Part shown: positions 44,139 through 57,232 of the stretch, in pieces | Layout: each line of letters starts with the position of its first letter | Numbering within the stretch: the first letter of the stretch is position 1 | Assembly: GCF_009914755.1 (NCBI RefSeq) | Contig: NC_060933.1 | DNA: 64,000 nucleotides | Source of the DNA: the human T2T-CHM13v2.0 reference genome, Homo sapiens | Direction: 5' to 3' (one strand) | Notes under the pieces: model-generated | What the model saw: the letters and a program-made list of their open reading frames with translations, nothing else | Told to the model about the DNA's origin: nothing | Databases searched by the model: none | Program-made: the position numbers and the translations under genes

Positions 44139-45658
44139 CTATTTCCTTGAGCAGTCGAAGAGGTCCTTCACATCCCTTGTAAGTTGTATTCCTAGGTATT
44201 TTATTCTTTTGGTAGCAATTGTGAATGGGAGTTCACTCATGATTTGGATCTCTTTTTGTCTATTATTGGTGTATAGGAATGCTTGTGATTTTTGCACATT
44301 GATTTTATATATTGAGACTTTGCTGATGTTGCTTATCAGCTTAAGGAGTTTTGGGGCTAAGACGATAGGGTTTTCTAAATATACAATCATGTCATCTGCA
44401 TACACAGACAATTTGACTTCCTCTCTTCCTATTTGAATACGCTTTACTTCTTTCTCTTGCCTGATTGCCCTCATCAGAACTTTCAATACTATGTTGAATA
44501 GGAGTGGTGAGAGAGGGCATCCTTGTCTTGTGCCAGTTTTCAAAGGGAATGTTTCCAGCTTTTGCCAATTCAGTATGATATTGGCTATAGTTTTGTCATA
44601 AATAGCTCTCATTAGTTTGAAATGTGTTCCATCAATACCTAGTTTATTGAGAGTTTTTATCATGAAGGGCTGTTGAATTTTACCAAAGGCATTTTCTGCA
44701 TCTATTGAGATAATCACGTGGTTTTTGTCATTGGTCTGTTTATGTGATGGATTATGTTTATTGATTTGTGTATGTTGAACCAACCTTGCCTCCCAGGGAT
44801 GAAGCCAACTTGATTGCGGTGGATAAGCTTTTTGATGTGCTGCTGGATTCAGTTTGCCAGTATTTTATTGAGGATTTTCGCATCAGTGTTCATCACAGAT
44901 ATTGGCCTGAAATTTTCTCTTTGTTGTGTCTCTGCCAGGTTTTGGTATCAGGATGATGCTGCCCTCATAAAATGAATTAGGGGGTAGTTCTTCTTTTTCT
45001 GTTGTTTGGAATAATTTCAGAAGGAATGGTACCAACTCCTCTTCATACCTCTGGTAAAATTTGGCTGTGAATCTGTCTGGTCCTGGGCTTTTTTTGGTTG
45101 GTAGGCTATTAATTACTGCCTCAATTTCAGAACTTGTTGTTGGCCTATTCAGGGATTCGACTTCTTCCTGGTTTAGTCTTGGGAGGGGGTATTTGTCCAG
45201 GAATTTATCCATTTCTTCTAGGTTTTCTAGTTTATTTGCACAGAGGTGTTTATAGTATCTTCTGATGGTAGTTTGTATTTCTGTGGGATTAGTGGTGATA
45301 TCCCCTTTATCATTTTTTATTGTGTCTATTTGATTTTTCTCTCTTTTCTTCTTTATTAGTCTGGCTAGCGGTCAATCTATTTTGTTAATCTTTTCAAACA
45401 ACCAGCTCCTGGATTCATTGATTTTTTGAATTTTTTTGTGTGTGCGTGTGTCTCTATCTCCTTCAGTTCTACTCTGGTCTTAGTTATTTCTTGTCTTCTG
45501 CTAGCTTTTGAATTTATTTGTTCTTGCTTCTCTAGTTCTTTTAATTGTAACATTAGGGCATCAATTTTAGATCTTTCCTGCTTTGTCCTGTGGGCATTTA
45601 GTGCTATAAATTTCCCTCTAAACACTGCTTTAGCTGTGTCCCAGAGATTCTGACACAT
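44139..45658 (-). pseudogene. Disrupted L1 ORF2 (reverse transcriptase region)
   Basis: [17 protein letters not shown] and YADDMIVY motifs; split into three ORFs by frameshifts and stops. Confidence 0.93.
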
Positions 45659-45959
45659 TGTGTCTTTTTTCTCATTGGTTTCACAGAACTTATTTACTTC
45701 TACCTTAATTTCATTATTTACCTAGCAGTCATTCAGTAGCAGGTTGTTCAGTTTCCATGTAGTTGTGCAGTTTTGAGTGAGTTTCTTAATCCTGAGTTCT
45801 AATTTGATTGCACTGTGGTCTGAGAGACAGTTTGTTACAATTTCCGTGAGGTAGAACTGTTTTTATGCAGCCTGCCTGGGTAGCCGTGCTTATATAAGTG
45901 AAAAAAACCACTATGCTATGATGTGAGTTTGGTGACTATTCAGGTAGTGCCAGGGCAGC

Positions 45960-46300
45960 CATAAGGGCACTGGGATAAGATGGACTAAGAACCAGCAGAC
46001 TGGGAGCTTAAGTCCTAATTCTGTTGCATTAGACATGGGACCTTGGGCGAGTCAAATAATTTCTCCAAATCTCACTTGTCTTCAGTGTAGAGAATGAGTA
46101 AAATCTAAGTAGAACCTTTAAATTAGTGTAAATTAGTGTGCTGGAAAGAGTTGCATAAGTTTTTGAGTGCTACACAAATGTGAAGGTTTTTAGTGCAGAC
46201 TCTAAAGCCAGTTGTCCATCTGAGTTAGAATCCTGACCTAACTTGGATAAGTTGCTTACTATCTCTGTGATCCACTTCATCTGTAAAGTGAGAGTATTAA
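45960..46300 (+). mobile_element. Two MIR fragments (second resumes ~46920-47030)
   Basis: gaccttgggcgagtca; catctgtaaagtgag; ctacctgccat...aaataagttactatgtgtaaactgcttag. Confidence 0.6.
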
Positions 46301-46302
46301 GA

Positions 46303-46918
<616 letters not shown>

Positions 46919-47244
46919 TACTACCTGCCATTTAGTGTAGGCATGGGGATAAAATAAGTTACTATGTGTAAACTGCTTAGACAAATCCCTGGCAAAGAGT
47001 AATTATTGAATAAATATTAGATATTATTACTTTTATTACCTTAAAGAGTAAAACCAAAAGAGAATGAGGCTTAACAGGCCCTAATGGACATTTCTCAGAT
47101 TTGTATTAATTAGTGAACTAATAGAGTTGCCAGAGGGGTAATCTCTCATCCCTTGGCTGATGAGAAAATATATTTCTAGTCTGAGCTGTAGTCAGCACAT
47201 AAAGGAACAACATTGTGCTTTGAGGACACATGTGTGTGCAAGTC

Positions 47245-47282
47245 AGAGGGAGAGAGGGAGAGAGAGAGAGAGAGAGGGGAGA
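47245..47282. repeat. (GA)n tract
   Basis: Direct reading. Confidence 0.9.
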
Positions 47283-50200
47283 TTACAGGCCCAGTGTTCT
47301 GTGCACCACAGCAAAATACTAACAGTTTGCACATATGAAGTATTTTCAATTTCTTCTCATGACTTTTCTAAATTTTATCATTTGAGCTTAAATTACTTTT
47401 ATAATGAGGAAAAAAAAAAGGTACATCTTCTTTCAAGCCCTCTCCTGTTTTCTTCTCCTAGAGAATTGGTTCCCAGATTCAGGCTCCCTTTTACTAGCAA
47501 CCATCAAGTGACTAGCTTTTATTGATTGCCTACAATACGCCAGACACTGCAGAAAGTGCTAAGAAGTAAAAGGAAAAACCAGACATGTTGTATGAAAAAT
47601 CTTCAAATCACTTCCCATTTGTGTAGCAACTTATAGTTCCTACCATGCTTGAACATAAATTCTCTCCATGGGTCTTTCTCTCTAGATTAGGGAGAGTATA
47701 TATTTTGGTCAACATTTTATCAATGAAGAAACTTAGCCAAGGTCACTTAATCTATTAGCAATGAAGTTAAACTCAACTTCTGAATCACGTGAGTGGTATA
47801 GCAGCATAAATCAGTATTCCTAAGAACTTGAAAATTAGTGACACTTTGAGAAGGTAATACTGGAAAATCAAGTAGTAAATTACTGTGGCCAACTATAAGT
47901 AAAATCTTCACCTTGGCAACAAATGGTAATGGAGGCTAAAAGTTTGGGGGCCACCGAATGAGACCTTTAAAGAGTAACCTCAAAGTAGTTCAGTTTCTAA
48001 AGCTGGATATTGATGAACCCAAGAAAGAAAGCTTCAACCAAAGTCAGATGTTTGGAAGAGAGTACTAGAAACAAACAGAAGGAAGCAAAGTGGATGTGGT
48101 CTTTATGTATTCAACACAATCAAAGGGGCAAAGCTGCGAAGTTAGGGACATCAATAAGAACAAAGTCCCTTTGTTCAGATTCTATACTCACAGGTAACCT
48201 TCGGGTTATTTTTAACTTCCCAGCGAATCAGGGTATGGGCTGATATGTTCCTAGCAACAACTTTAAGTGCTTAATTTTTGTTTGGTTTCTTTTGACTTTT
48301 GTTAGAAAGAATTTGTCCCTAAGTGCCTGACTGGCTTTGACTGCACTGCCAGAGACAAATTTGGAAACCAACAAAGCAAAGATTAGTTCTTGATCCAAAC
48401 AAGGTTCTATTATCTTAGACCCTGTCCAAGCATTTTGTCCACCTTCTTGATGACATCTCCACTTCTCCATGCTCTGTGCTTCATGCTGAGAGCACAAAGT
48501 TGTTCCTCCAAGTCATTCAAGTCAATGGCTCTGTTTCTTCAAACTAGATCTTCCAATCTCACACAGCTTTTTCTGGGCAAAAGGGGCTGGGCCTGCCTGC
48601 CCTTGTTAAAAGGAAGGGAATCATTCGGCATTTTGTTCTGCATTCTTCTACCCCAGATAACCCTCTCTAATTTGAGGTTGGCTGGAAATCTGGAAATCCT
48701 TATTCTTATCAGGAGAATTTCCATTGCTAAAGGGGAGGGTGCACTAGGCCACATCCTGTGTTCTGGGAGAGGCTCAAGAGTCAGTAGAAATACTTTAGAC
48801 TCAAACAAATTCAGGGGCTTTCTTAAGTGGATTCAAAAAACAGGCTAGGACAACAGGCTCATTTTAATTTTTCCTGGTTTTTTTTTTTGTTGTTGTTGTT
48901 TTCCTCCTTTGCTTTGCAGAAGTCCCATTGCCCCAGGCTCCACAGTGGACAAATTTTCCATTTGCAAAGTTCTTCCCATGGACTAGCAAAACTCACTGCC
49001 TGGCTCCTGACTTGAAAGTCTTTGGAGCCTCAGGTGATCAAACTAAGAATTTCTAGACTTAGAGCCCTCAGTGTCTATACAGCACAGCCGCGGGGGCCTG
49101 GGAGATATTTGCTTGTGTTTCAGAATGTGTAGAGGTAGACTGCACTCAGGGGATTTGTTCATTTTAGCAAACTTGGCAGAACTTCCCTGCATGACCTAAA
49201 TAGAATATCTTCCTCTACATAAAGCATGCATCAGGGTATTTCCTGATTTATTCATGAAAGGTTTGCTTTACAAAGGCCTCAGGAACTGTGCAATCTCAAA
49301 ATACATGATACATAGGCCTGGATACTAGAGTGGCATTTGTAAAAATTGCTGTGATAGATGGGCTGTGCAGTATGGCTGCAGAGTTGGATTAATTTAAATA
49401 CCCACCGTTGGGGGTTGCTCTTTTAGAGGAAATGAGATCCAACCTGCAGATTGTTGCCAATAATATAGAGAAGTCTTCTGTCTCTGCAATGAATAATTGA
49501 TTAAGGAATGGAAAAAGAAGTGAATACAATTCATGTGCACTTTGTGGGGACATGGGACCTCTACCTGCTAATCATTCATTGGCTCATTCATTCATTCCCA
49601 GCTAGAGGATTAACCTGGCAGCAGCTGATATGATGAGTTCTGTTGAGAGTACATAGTAGTAGGTATATATGGGCTCCTCAGGACAGTAGGATATAATATT
49701 TGGAATCCAATCAGTCTTGGAATCTGGGGTTCTCTTTTTACCATGGGAATGGGAGGTATCAATCTCTCACCTAAGAGAGAAATAAAGAATGATTTCTCCT
49801 ATTCAAAGCCAGGTATTTTCAGGTGAGTCCACTGCATGCTTTCTAATCATGGGTGCATCTAATGCTCTATATTTTCATGCTGGGGTATTTTTAACAGCAC
49901 AGCAGATGGACCTTGGTTGTTTGCAAAGAAGTTTTATTTTGGAGCTTGTGAAGAGATTGGGGTTAATGTACAATAAAGTGAAAGTGACGTTTGTAAAGAC
50001 GGTGAGAGCAGAATGCCAGGATCCATTACCCTGATAACCCCACAAACAGACCGGCAGCCTCTATTGGCGAACTGCTGCTCAAATCCCATCAGCATTACTT
50101 GCAGGATGCATCACCACTTTGTGGCAAATTTCCAGAGGTTTTCAGATGCCAAGCAACTCATCCTAACTAGGACAAGGAGACATTGTTTTGCAAACTTTGC

Positions 50201-50549
50201 TTTGGGGCATAGAACTTTGGGGAGATCCAGACCGGGTTCCTTCTTGTTTTGTGATCATGGACATTCACTGGCAGTGATGCGAAGAAATATCTAAGTGCAG
50301 GCTCTTGAATCTTATACCCCAGGGCTAAAGTGTCACAATGAGGAGGTCTGATGGTAGTAAGCAGTGTAGTGAGTATGGGCTGAGCCACATGGGGATGGTG
50401 TTTCTTTTCAGAGGGAGATGGACATCACCAGGACAGTTTGGATTCCTGATGGGAAGCTTAAAAGGCTTTCTGGGAAGGATCTTCCAAGAAGGGGAACCAT
50501 CCAGAGGATCATATTTGAATGAATTAACCTTCAGTGATTTCCCATGACC

Positions 50550-51190
50550 CAGAGGATTAAGTCCAAATCCTCAGTACAGATTCTAGTTCCTTCACCATCT
50601 GGCCCCTGACTAACCTTGGGTCTTTCCATTGTTCCCAAACATGTGTTCTAACCCTTCCAAGCTGTCATTTATTCCCTGATGGTAATAGTCAACATTTATC
50701 CAGGCCTTTAAAATGCCAGGAACAGGGCTGAAAGCTTTATGCATTTCATCATTTAATCTTCAGAGCAATCTCTGAGGTAGATACTATTATGGCCCTCAGT
50801 TTGCAGATGAGGAAACAAGAGCAAAGAGGATATAAAACTGAGTCACAACAGTATTAGGAAGGCTGAGATTAGAAGGCAGTGCAACCCCATGGCCAGGCCT
50901 TAACCATGTCATCACTCTGTTACCTCCTTGTCTGGATGAGAAAGACCTTGCTCACATTGCTTTTTCCGCGTAGGATTAATTGGCCTTTCTCTTTATTTGC
51001 CTGGTTTAAAAAACATATCTTTGTTCATCAAGACCTTCAAGATCAAATGTCCCCTTTTCTGGATGCCATTCCCGGCACCTCTAGGCACAGTTAGTGGTTT
51101 TCTCCTTGGAGTTCCCACATCCCTTGTGTGAATCCACAGCACACACTGTATTGCAATGCAGTGACCTCCTTCCATCGTGTATTCATTCTG
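50550..51190. mobile_element. L2 (+) interrupted by a MIR (-, ~50680-50910)
   Basis: tttaatcttcagagcaatctctgaggtag...tttgcagatgaggaaac MIR core; L2-like flanks. Confidence 0.6.
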
Positions 51191-52449
51191 TGCCAGGCTG
51201 GCTCTGTGGGAAGACTCCTCCGATCTTTCTCCTGGATTAAACAAAGCTCTAGGAGAGTGAACAGCAAGCCAGGAGCAGCCAGCTCTATGAATCCAGGGGT
51301 AGCTCAGGCTCTGGGTGATGAGTGTACCCAAATGCCATGTGGCATTTCATGAGTAGTTCTGCAGACAGGTCCAGATGAGTGCCTGCCTGCCACATTCTAG
51401 CCTTTATCATTAACCACACCCCACAGTGGTTTTCTTCAACATGTGAGGCAGCGCCTGCATGTCTGATAACCCAGCTTCTTTCTGGAAAGGATTTCCTTTG
51501 GCCTGGGTGCATAGCTGGCCCTGCAAGGGTTAACCATGAGGCATCCCAGATCAGTAGAACATGAGGTTTCGATTAACTGGTGGTATGCGGACCAGTGGCA
51601 TGAGCATGGATTATTCGGTAATAAAAACACACTGTGCAGAATTTATGTCAGAGGTTCACTTCTCTCCTTCCCTGTCTCCTGTCCCAGCACAGAGAAACCA
51701 GGCCCTCGTTGCTCTGGCACTGTATTGTAGCAAAAGTTGGTATTAGACTTTCCTCCCAACTTCTGTGAATCCTACTGGGTGTGCTCATCTTGTCTCCAAA
51801 ATGACACATGGAAAGAAAGGGTGCCAGAGGAATTCATTCCTTCTCCAAAGATGAATCCCAAAAGAACCAGTTGGTATACAGAGTAAGAAAGTGTGAAGGA
51901 GATGTAAAAAAAGAAAGGGTCAGGGGAAAGAGAAGTAGGGAGAATAGGAAGGTGAGAGTGTGAGAAAGACAGCAGAGAATGAGTGCATTTAGGAGAAGAC
52001 AGTTGAAAGAAACATTGGGGGATTCTGAAACCAGTTCTTTGGGAAGAAAGGAAATTTACACCTATAAAGAATTCAGTATGTGGTAGGCAATGTACATCTT
52101 TATACATTATTTCATGAAGGCTTACACACTTCCACTAACTTGTCATGCAAGTCATACAGCTAGGGCCACAGGTTTCCACCAAGGTCTCTCTGGCTGTAAA
52201 TATTCTCACCTCCCTTTTTTAATTATGGGGTTGCCCAGCTACACAAAAGAGAGATTAGCCTCCCATTTTCAGTTGCAGGTGAGTAGAAATTCCCTGATGA
52301 TTTCCCTTCCTTGGAAACAGAAGATAGACCAATTGTTAGAACACAGTACCCTGGGGATCTCTCAAAAGCTCTGCCCCATGATTCACTACTCTAGGAAGGT
52401 GGGAAGCTTTCTGAACAGAGGCCACTCTGGAGTTCAGAAACTCTTATTC

Positions 52450-53085
52450 AGATCACTGTTATTTCCTAAGCACTTACTATTTGCCAGGTCCTGTGATGTT
52501 GACAATGAAGAAATGATAAGTAGAACAGCATCTTTCTTGCAGAGTTCACAGTCTCCTTAGGGTGACTGAAGGATACATAAGCAAAGGTTTCCAAATGCTA
52601 TGATGGTGGTATGTACAAAGGCCCAAAGCAAAAAGAGAGATCCAAGTTAGCAGGGGGGAGTATGTGGAAAAGTGGGACAAGGCAGAATAAGGAAGCCATG
52701 TGCAAAGTCTCGAGAGCGCAAGGCACATATGGATAATAATATGTATAATAGGAAATAGCTGTGGGTGAATAATGGTTCTCCTCTCTAGCTGCACACTAGA
52801 ATCACAGGAGGAGATTTAAAACACACAGGTGGCAGAGATCCACCCCTCAAAATCTCCAGAGGGACTGTCTGAGTATCAATACATATTTTTTAAACAAAAT
52901 TTCCAAGGGCAGGTTGAGAACCACTGGTATACTGCCCAGGTTACATCTAGGCTAGAGTGAGAGATGAGTATGGAGCCTAAGAAAGGACTCAGAAATGAAA
53001 GGCCTTGGATGCCACTCTAAGCAGTTTGAGCTTCCCCTGTGGACATGCAAGATTTTTAAACAGGGAAGTGATCTTACTTATAGGA
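52450..53085 (-). mobile_element. L2 fragment with a nested MER5-family MITE (~52771-52926)
   Basis: taagcacttactatttgccagg; MITE atggttctc...gctgcacactagaatcac...ggttgagaaccactg. Confidence 0.65.
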
Positions 53086-53769
53086 AATGAGTCAGCACAA
53101 TGGAAAAGCTTTGGTTGGCTGAGCCTCAGGGGAAATTCTGGCTTCATCTTCTCCAGCCTGACCACCTGTGCTTACTAAGGCACAATTGCTTTAACTCTTC
53201 CTTTGGTAGATACAGCCAGAAGCCTTGGGTCACACTGGGAAACCAGTGTCCTGGCAGTCAGGTGACCCTGGTTCTGATCTACCTGCAGGTACAGACTTGC
53301 TGAGGGACCTTGGCCAATTCTTTCCTGGGCTATGGTATTCAGGTCCCCACCCCAAACAATGAGGAGATTAAACAAATCTGTGCTTCTCCATGAGGCTGGC
53401 AGTATCTGATTGCTCTGATTTGCTTTTAGCCAAAATGCTTTCTGGACTTTTACATTTAATATAGCAATAAGGGTGATTTCTGTTAATCAAACAGACCTAG
53501 GTTAGGAGATGTTGGGGAAAGATGAGCCAGGAATTTCAAATGGTTAGTGCTTTCTCATTTCCTTGGGTCTCTGACCAGATGTCAGTTGTCTTCCTGATAT
53601 ATGCCATCTGTAGGGGCACTGCTTAGGTAAGCATGCTCCTCAAATAGTCCACCACTCCTTCATCAGGATCTTCGGGGGTCAATGACCCAATCTTTTCTGT
53701 TGAGATGGAAAAGAATCCAGATTTGGAGATGCCCTGTTCATCCCAGCTGGCCTTGAGCTAAGAGTAGCA

Positions 53770-54450
53770 TTACCTTGAAAAACATCCCTAACAGGCCTCC
53801 CTGTCTAAGGCATGACCTGCCCCAATCCACTCACGTTGAACCTAGGAGAACCTCTCAAAAGTTGCTGTGATGCACCTTCAATGGTCCCTCATTTCCCTGG
53901 ATAAAGCCCAATTTCTCAGACCTAAAACAACCCTCCCTGCATCTGATTCTCCAGCCTTACCTCCTATAGGACTTTGCAGTGTCCTGAACCCCAGGAATTT
54001 AGAATTGCTCACTTTTTTCCCAGATAGGCAAGTCCTTTTATGCTTACAAGTCTGGATGCATATAGTTTCCCTCACCTTGCTTACCTGGGAAACTTTTACT
54101 CATTCATAGGCCCAGCTAAAATTTTACTTCATTCATTGAGAACCTAACCTCTGTTCCAGGAAAAATGCCAGATGCTTTGAGGAGGAATAAAATGAAATCC
54201 TTTAGCAGTGGCTCTGCCCTCTGTACCCTCTGCACTTTCTCCTGACTTTGTCACTTTGTGGTGATTATCCATTTACATTTCTGGCTCTCTCTCTGGATTG
54301 TAGACTCTTAACAGCCAGAACACCTCTCATTTATATCTGTGTTCATAACATTGAGCATAGGGCTTGACAAAGAGTAGGGACTGAGTGGATATTTGATGGA
54401 TAAATGAATAAAGGCATGAATGATTATTTAATAAATGAATGAGTATATAA
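53770..54450 (+). mobile_element. L2 3' fragment
   Basis: Ends agcatagggcttgacaaagagtagg...atatttgatggataaatgaat. Confidence 0.65.
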
Positions 54451-54564
54451 ATGTACGAAGTAGAGTGAGGACTGCTTTAACTCTTGGGACCACTACAGGT
54501 GGTAACAAGGAAGAGACCCCTTACATCCCTTAGTCTGGACTAGTGGAGCCTGGAATAGGCCTTC

Positions 54565-54675
54565 AAAGATCACTGCCACCTTACAGATGAGAAATTGAGA
54601 CCAGACAAGGGAAAGGGCTTAACTAGATGGTCAAATGACCGGCAGATGATCCTTAGCTTTTCCCACACTGCCAGA
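54565..54675 (-). mobile_element. MIR core fragment
   Basis: ttacagatgagaaattgagaccagac. Confidence 0.55.
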
Positions 54676-55768
54676 ATAGACAGCCCCTTCTGAGTGTGTA
54701 ACTCTGTCATCCTAGCATTATGGGACCCTTTTGTTTCATTTAACTCCACTCTCCCAAACAGTGTGCAGCCTGGCATCATTGTCTTGGAATCTGATCACTG
54801 GTTTGGTTGCCTTCTTCCTCTGTCTATTTGATATGCCCAGCCAGGGAGACAGTGCTGACAAGGCAGTCTTAAGCCCTACACTGACAGAAATCAGGTGTCC
54901 TCGCTTCATAAAAGAAACATTAACCAATCCGATGGGAGCTGGAAGCAGAAGTGCTGACAAAGATGTAACTCCCAAGGATTCTATGGGGCAAGGAGAAAGC
55001 ATCATTCTCTCCTGATTTAGAGCCATTATGGGGTTTATAGACAAGACAGAGAAGAATGAGAGAAGCCAGGGCAGAAGGCCACCAGGGTGGAGGTCTCGGC
55101 AGCTCAGCTGAAGGGAACAAGGGAGGCAGGATGATAAGAAGGGCCACTGTCTCCTTCTCTCTAAGCCCATGGCACTGTCCCAGTCCTTATTCCCTCTCTC
55201 CTGGACCAAAGCATCCCCTTTAGCTCTCCTACTATCTTCATAGTCTTCAGCCTCAATTTGTCACCAGTCCCGTCTCCACACTGAAGTCTAATGGTCTTTC
55301 TAAAACACCTGAGCATAATTTAGATGTCCCTGATTAGAATCCTTTAGTGGCTCCCAGTTACTCTGTATAGAATCCAAGCACCTCAGATGACATACAAGAG
55401 CTCCCTAAACCCCTTCCTGCTGTCCCTCAAGAGGGAATCCAGTCTTTACTCACCATGTGAATCAGAGAACCTCTGGCAAAGGAAAGATTCAAGAGACAGC
55501 ACTGGGGTGGTTGATGGCAGGAGCAAGCCCTCTTCCTAGAAGAATCATCTTCCTTCCTAGTCCCACACATTTCCCCCAGATTCCTCTCATGAGAAAGCTC
55601 TAGTAGCACATAGGGACGGAGACACTCTATCTTGTGCTTAGACCTATCTGAGGCACCAGATAGGGATTCCAGATTTGGATATAGGGATGAATTGGGTGCA
55701 GCCCCTGCCCTCAAGGAATGCACAGTATGATGTAAAAAAAAAAAGAAGTAGTAACAGTTATCACAAAG

Positions 55769-56125
55769 TGACATGGTTCGGCTGCGTCCCCACTCAAATC
55801 TCACCTTGAATTGTAATAATCCCCATGTGTCAAGGGTGGGGACAGGTGGAGATAATTGAATCATGGAGGCCATTTTCCCCATACTGTTTTCATGGTAGTG
55901 AATAAGTCTCACGAGATCTGATGGTTTTATAAAGGGCAGTTCCCCTGCACACACTCTCTTGCCTGCCACCATGTAGGATGTGACTTCGCTCCTCTTTCAC
56001 CTTCTGCCATGATTATGAGGCCTCCCCAGCCACGTGGAACTGTGAGTCCATTAACCCTCTTTTTCTTTATAAATTATCCAGTCTCGAGTATGTCTTTATT
56101 AGCAGTGTGAGGATGGACTAATACA
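55769..56125 (+). mobile_element. THE1C-like solo LTR
   Basis: tgacatggttcggctgcgtcccc...aataatccccatgtgtcaaggg...ggactaataca; 5-bp near-TSD caaag/caagg. Confidence 0.9.
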
Positions 56126-56384
56126 CAAGGCCATCCTAGAAGTGTGCCCAAAGTGCTCTGGGTTGGGGCAGGGGCAGAGATTCTAACTGTATGTGGAGGA
56201 ACTCAGGATATCTGGGCTAGCCCTCTGGTGATGATTAGGCATTTCCCAGGAGGAAAACAAGGGAAGGAATTAAAAACTTTCTCTGTGTTATAAACCATGT
56301 GCAAAGATGCATAGAAGACACAGGTGTGGAATATTTAGAATACAAGGCATAATTGAATGGAGAGCAGGTGTCACAAGGTAAGAG

Positions 56385-57232
56385 ACATCAGTGGCTGCAG
56401 GACCTCATGTGGTGTCCTCAGATCTTTCTCTTTCTTGCTCCATCTCCCTTGTCTTCTCTTCCCTGATGTTGGTCTCATTTTCTCTCTGATGGAGGAGCAT
56501 CTTCCTTGTGAAGTGGGTAGAAGAAGAAGGTGGCACATGTAGACGCAACTTCAGGCTTACATCATCGCAGCTGGAGGGACTCGGAGGAAGGAATTGTTTT
56601 CTCACTGTTTGCCTTAGTTCTGGCTGCTGTATCAAAGTACCACGGACGGGGTGCCTTAAATGACAGACATTTATTTCTCACAGTTCTGGAGTCTGGGAAG
56701 ACTGAGATCAGGGTGCCAGCATGGTCTGGTTCTGGTGAGGGCCCTCTTCCCAGTTGCAGATTGCTAACTTCTCCTTGTATCTTCATGTGGTAGAAACAGC
56801 AGGCAAGCTCTCTGGTCTCTCTTATAAGGGCACTATTACCATCTGGAGGGCTGCACGCTCATGACCTGACTGTCTCTTGAGGACCCCTCATGCAATTACC
56901 GTTACATTGAGGGTTAGATTTCATCATCAGAATTTGAGGTAGTGGGGACACAGACATTCAGTACCTAACACTGCTTTGGGTATGTTAATCCCGGGGAAGG
57001 GCTCGGGTTGGCCTGCTTGACACATGAATGCCTCCAGGACTAACTCCTGCTCACCACTGTGGAGTACATGCTTGAGCAGGCCTGGGTAACGTGACTAAGG
57101 TAAGGCTCTAGGATTGCTGATCTCTCCAAAACCACACAGTCAGAGTCAAGGAGTAGTTCCTCAAAGGAAGATGAATTGCTGTTACCAGAAGATGGGAAAT
57201 GGTTTTGGACGAACAAAACTGTAGATGTCCAC
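56385..57232 (-). mobile_element. Old MLT1J/K-like LTR with a nested MLT1A0-like LTR (~56610-56970)
   Basis: ttatttctcacagttctggagtctgggaag...ggtctggttctggtgagggcc...ggggacacagacattcagtacctaaca; outer piece gctgttaccagaagatgggaaatgg. Confidence 0.75.

Noticed and set aside
44139-44783. 214-aa reverse transcriptase ORF as a retron or novel RT
   Set aside because: Ordinary frameshifted L1 ORF2 inside a TSD-bounded, 5'-truncated L1PA
54850-54960. Repeated agtgctgacaa 11-mer 100 bp apart
   Set aside because: Two short copies with no intervening homology; not distinguishable from chance
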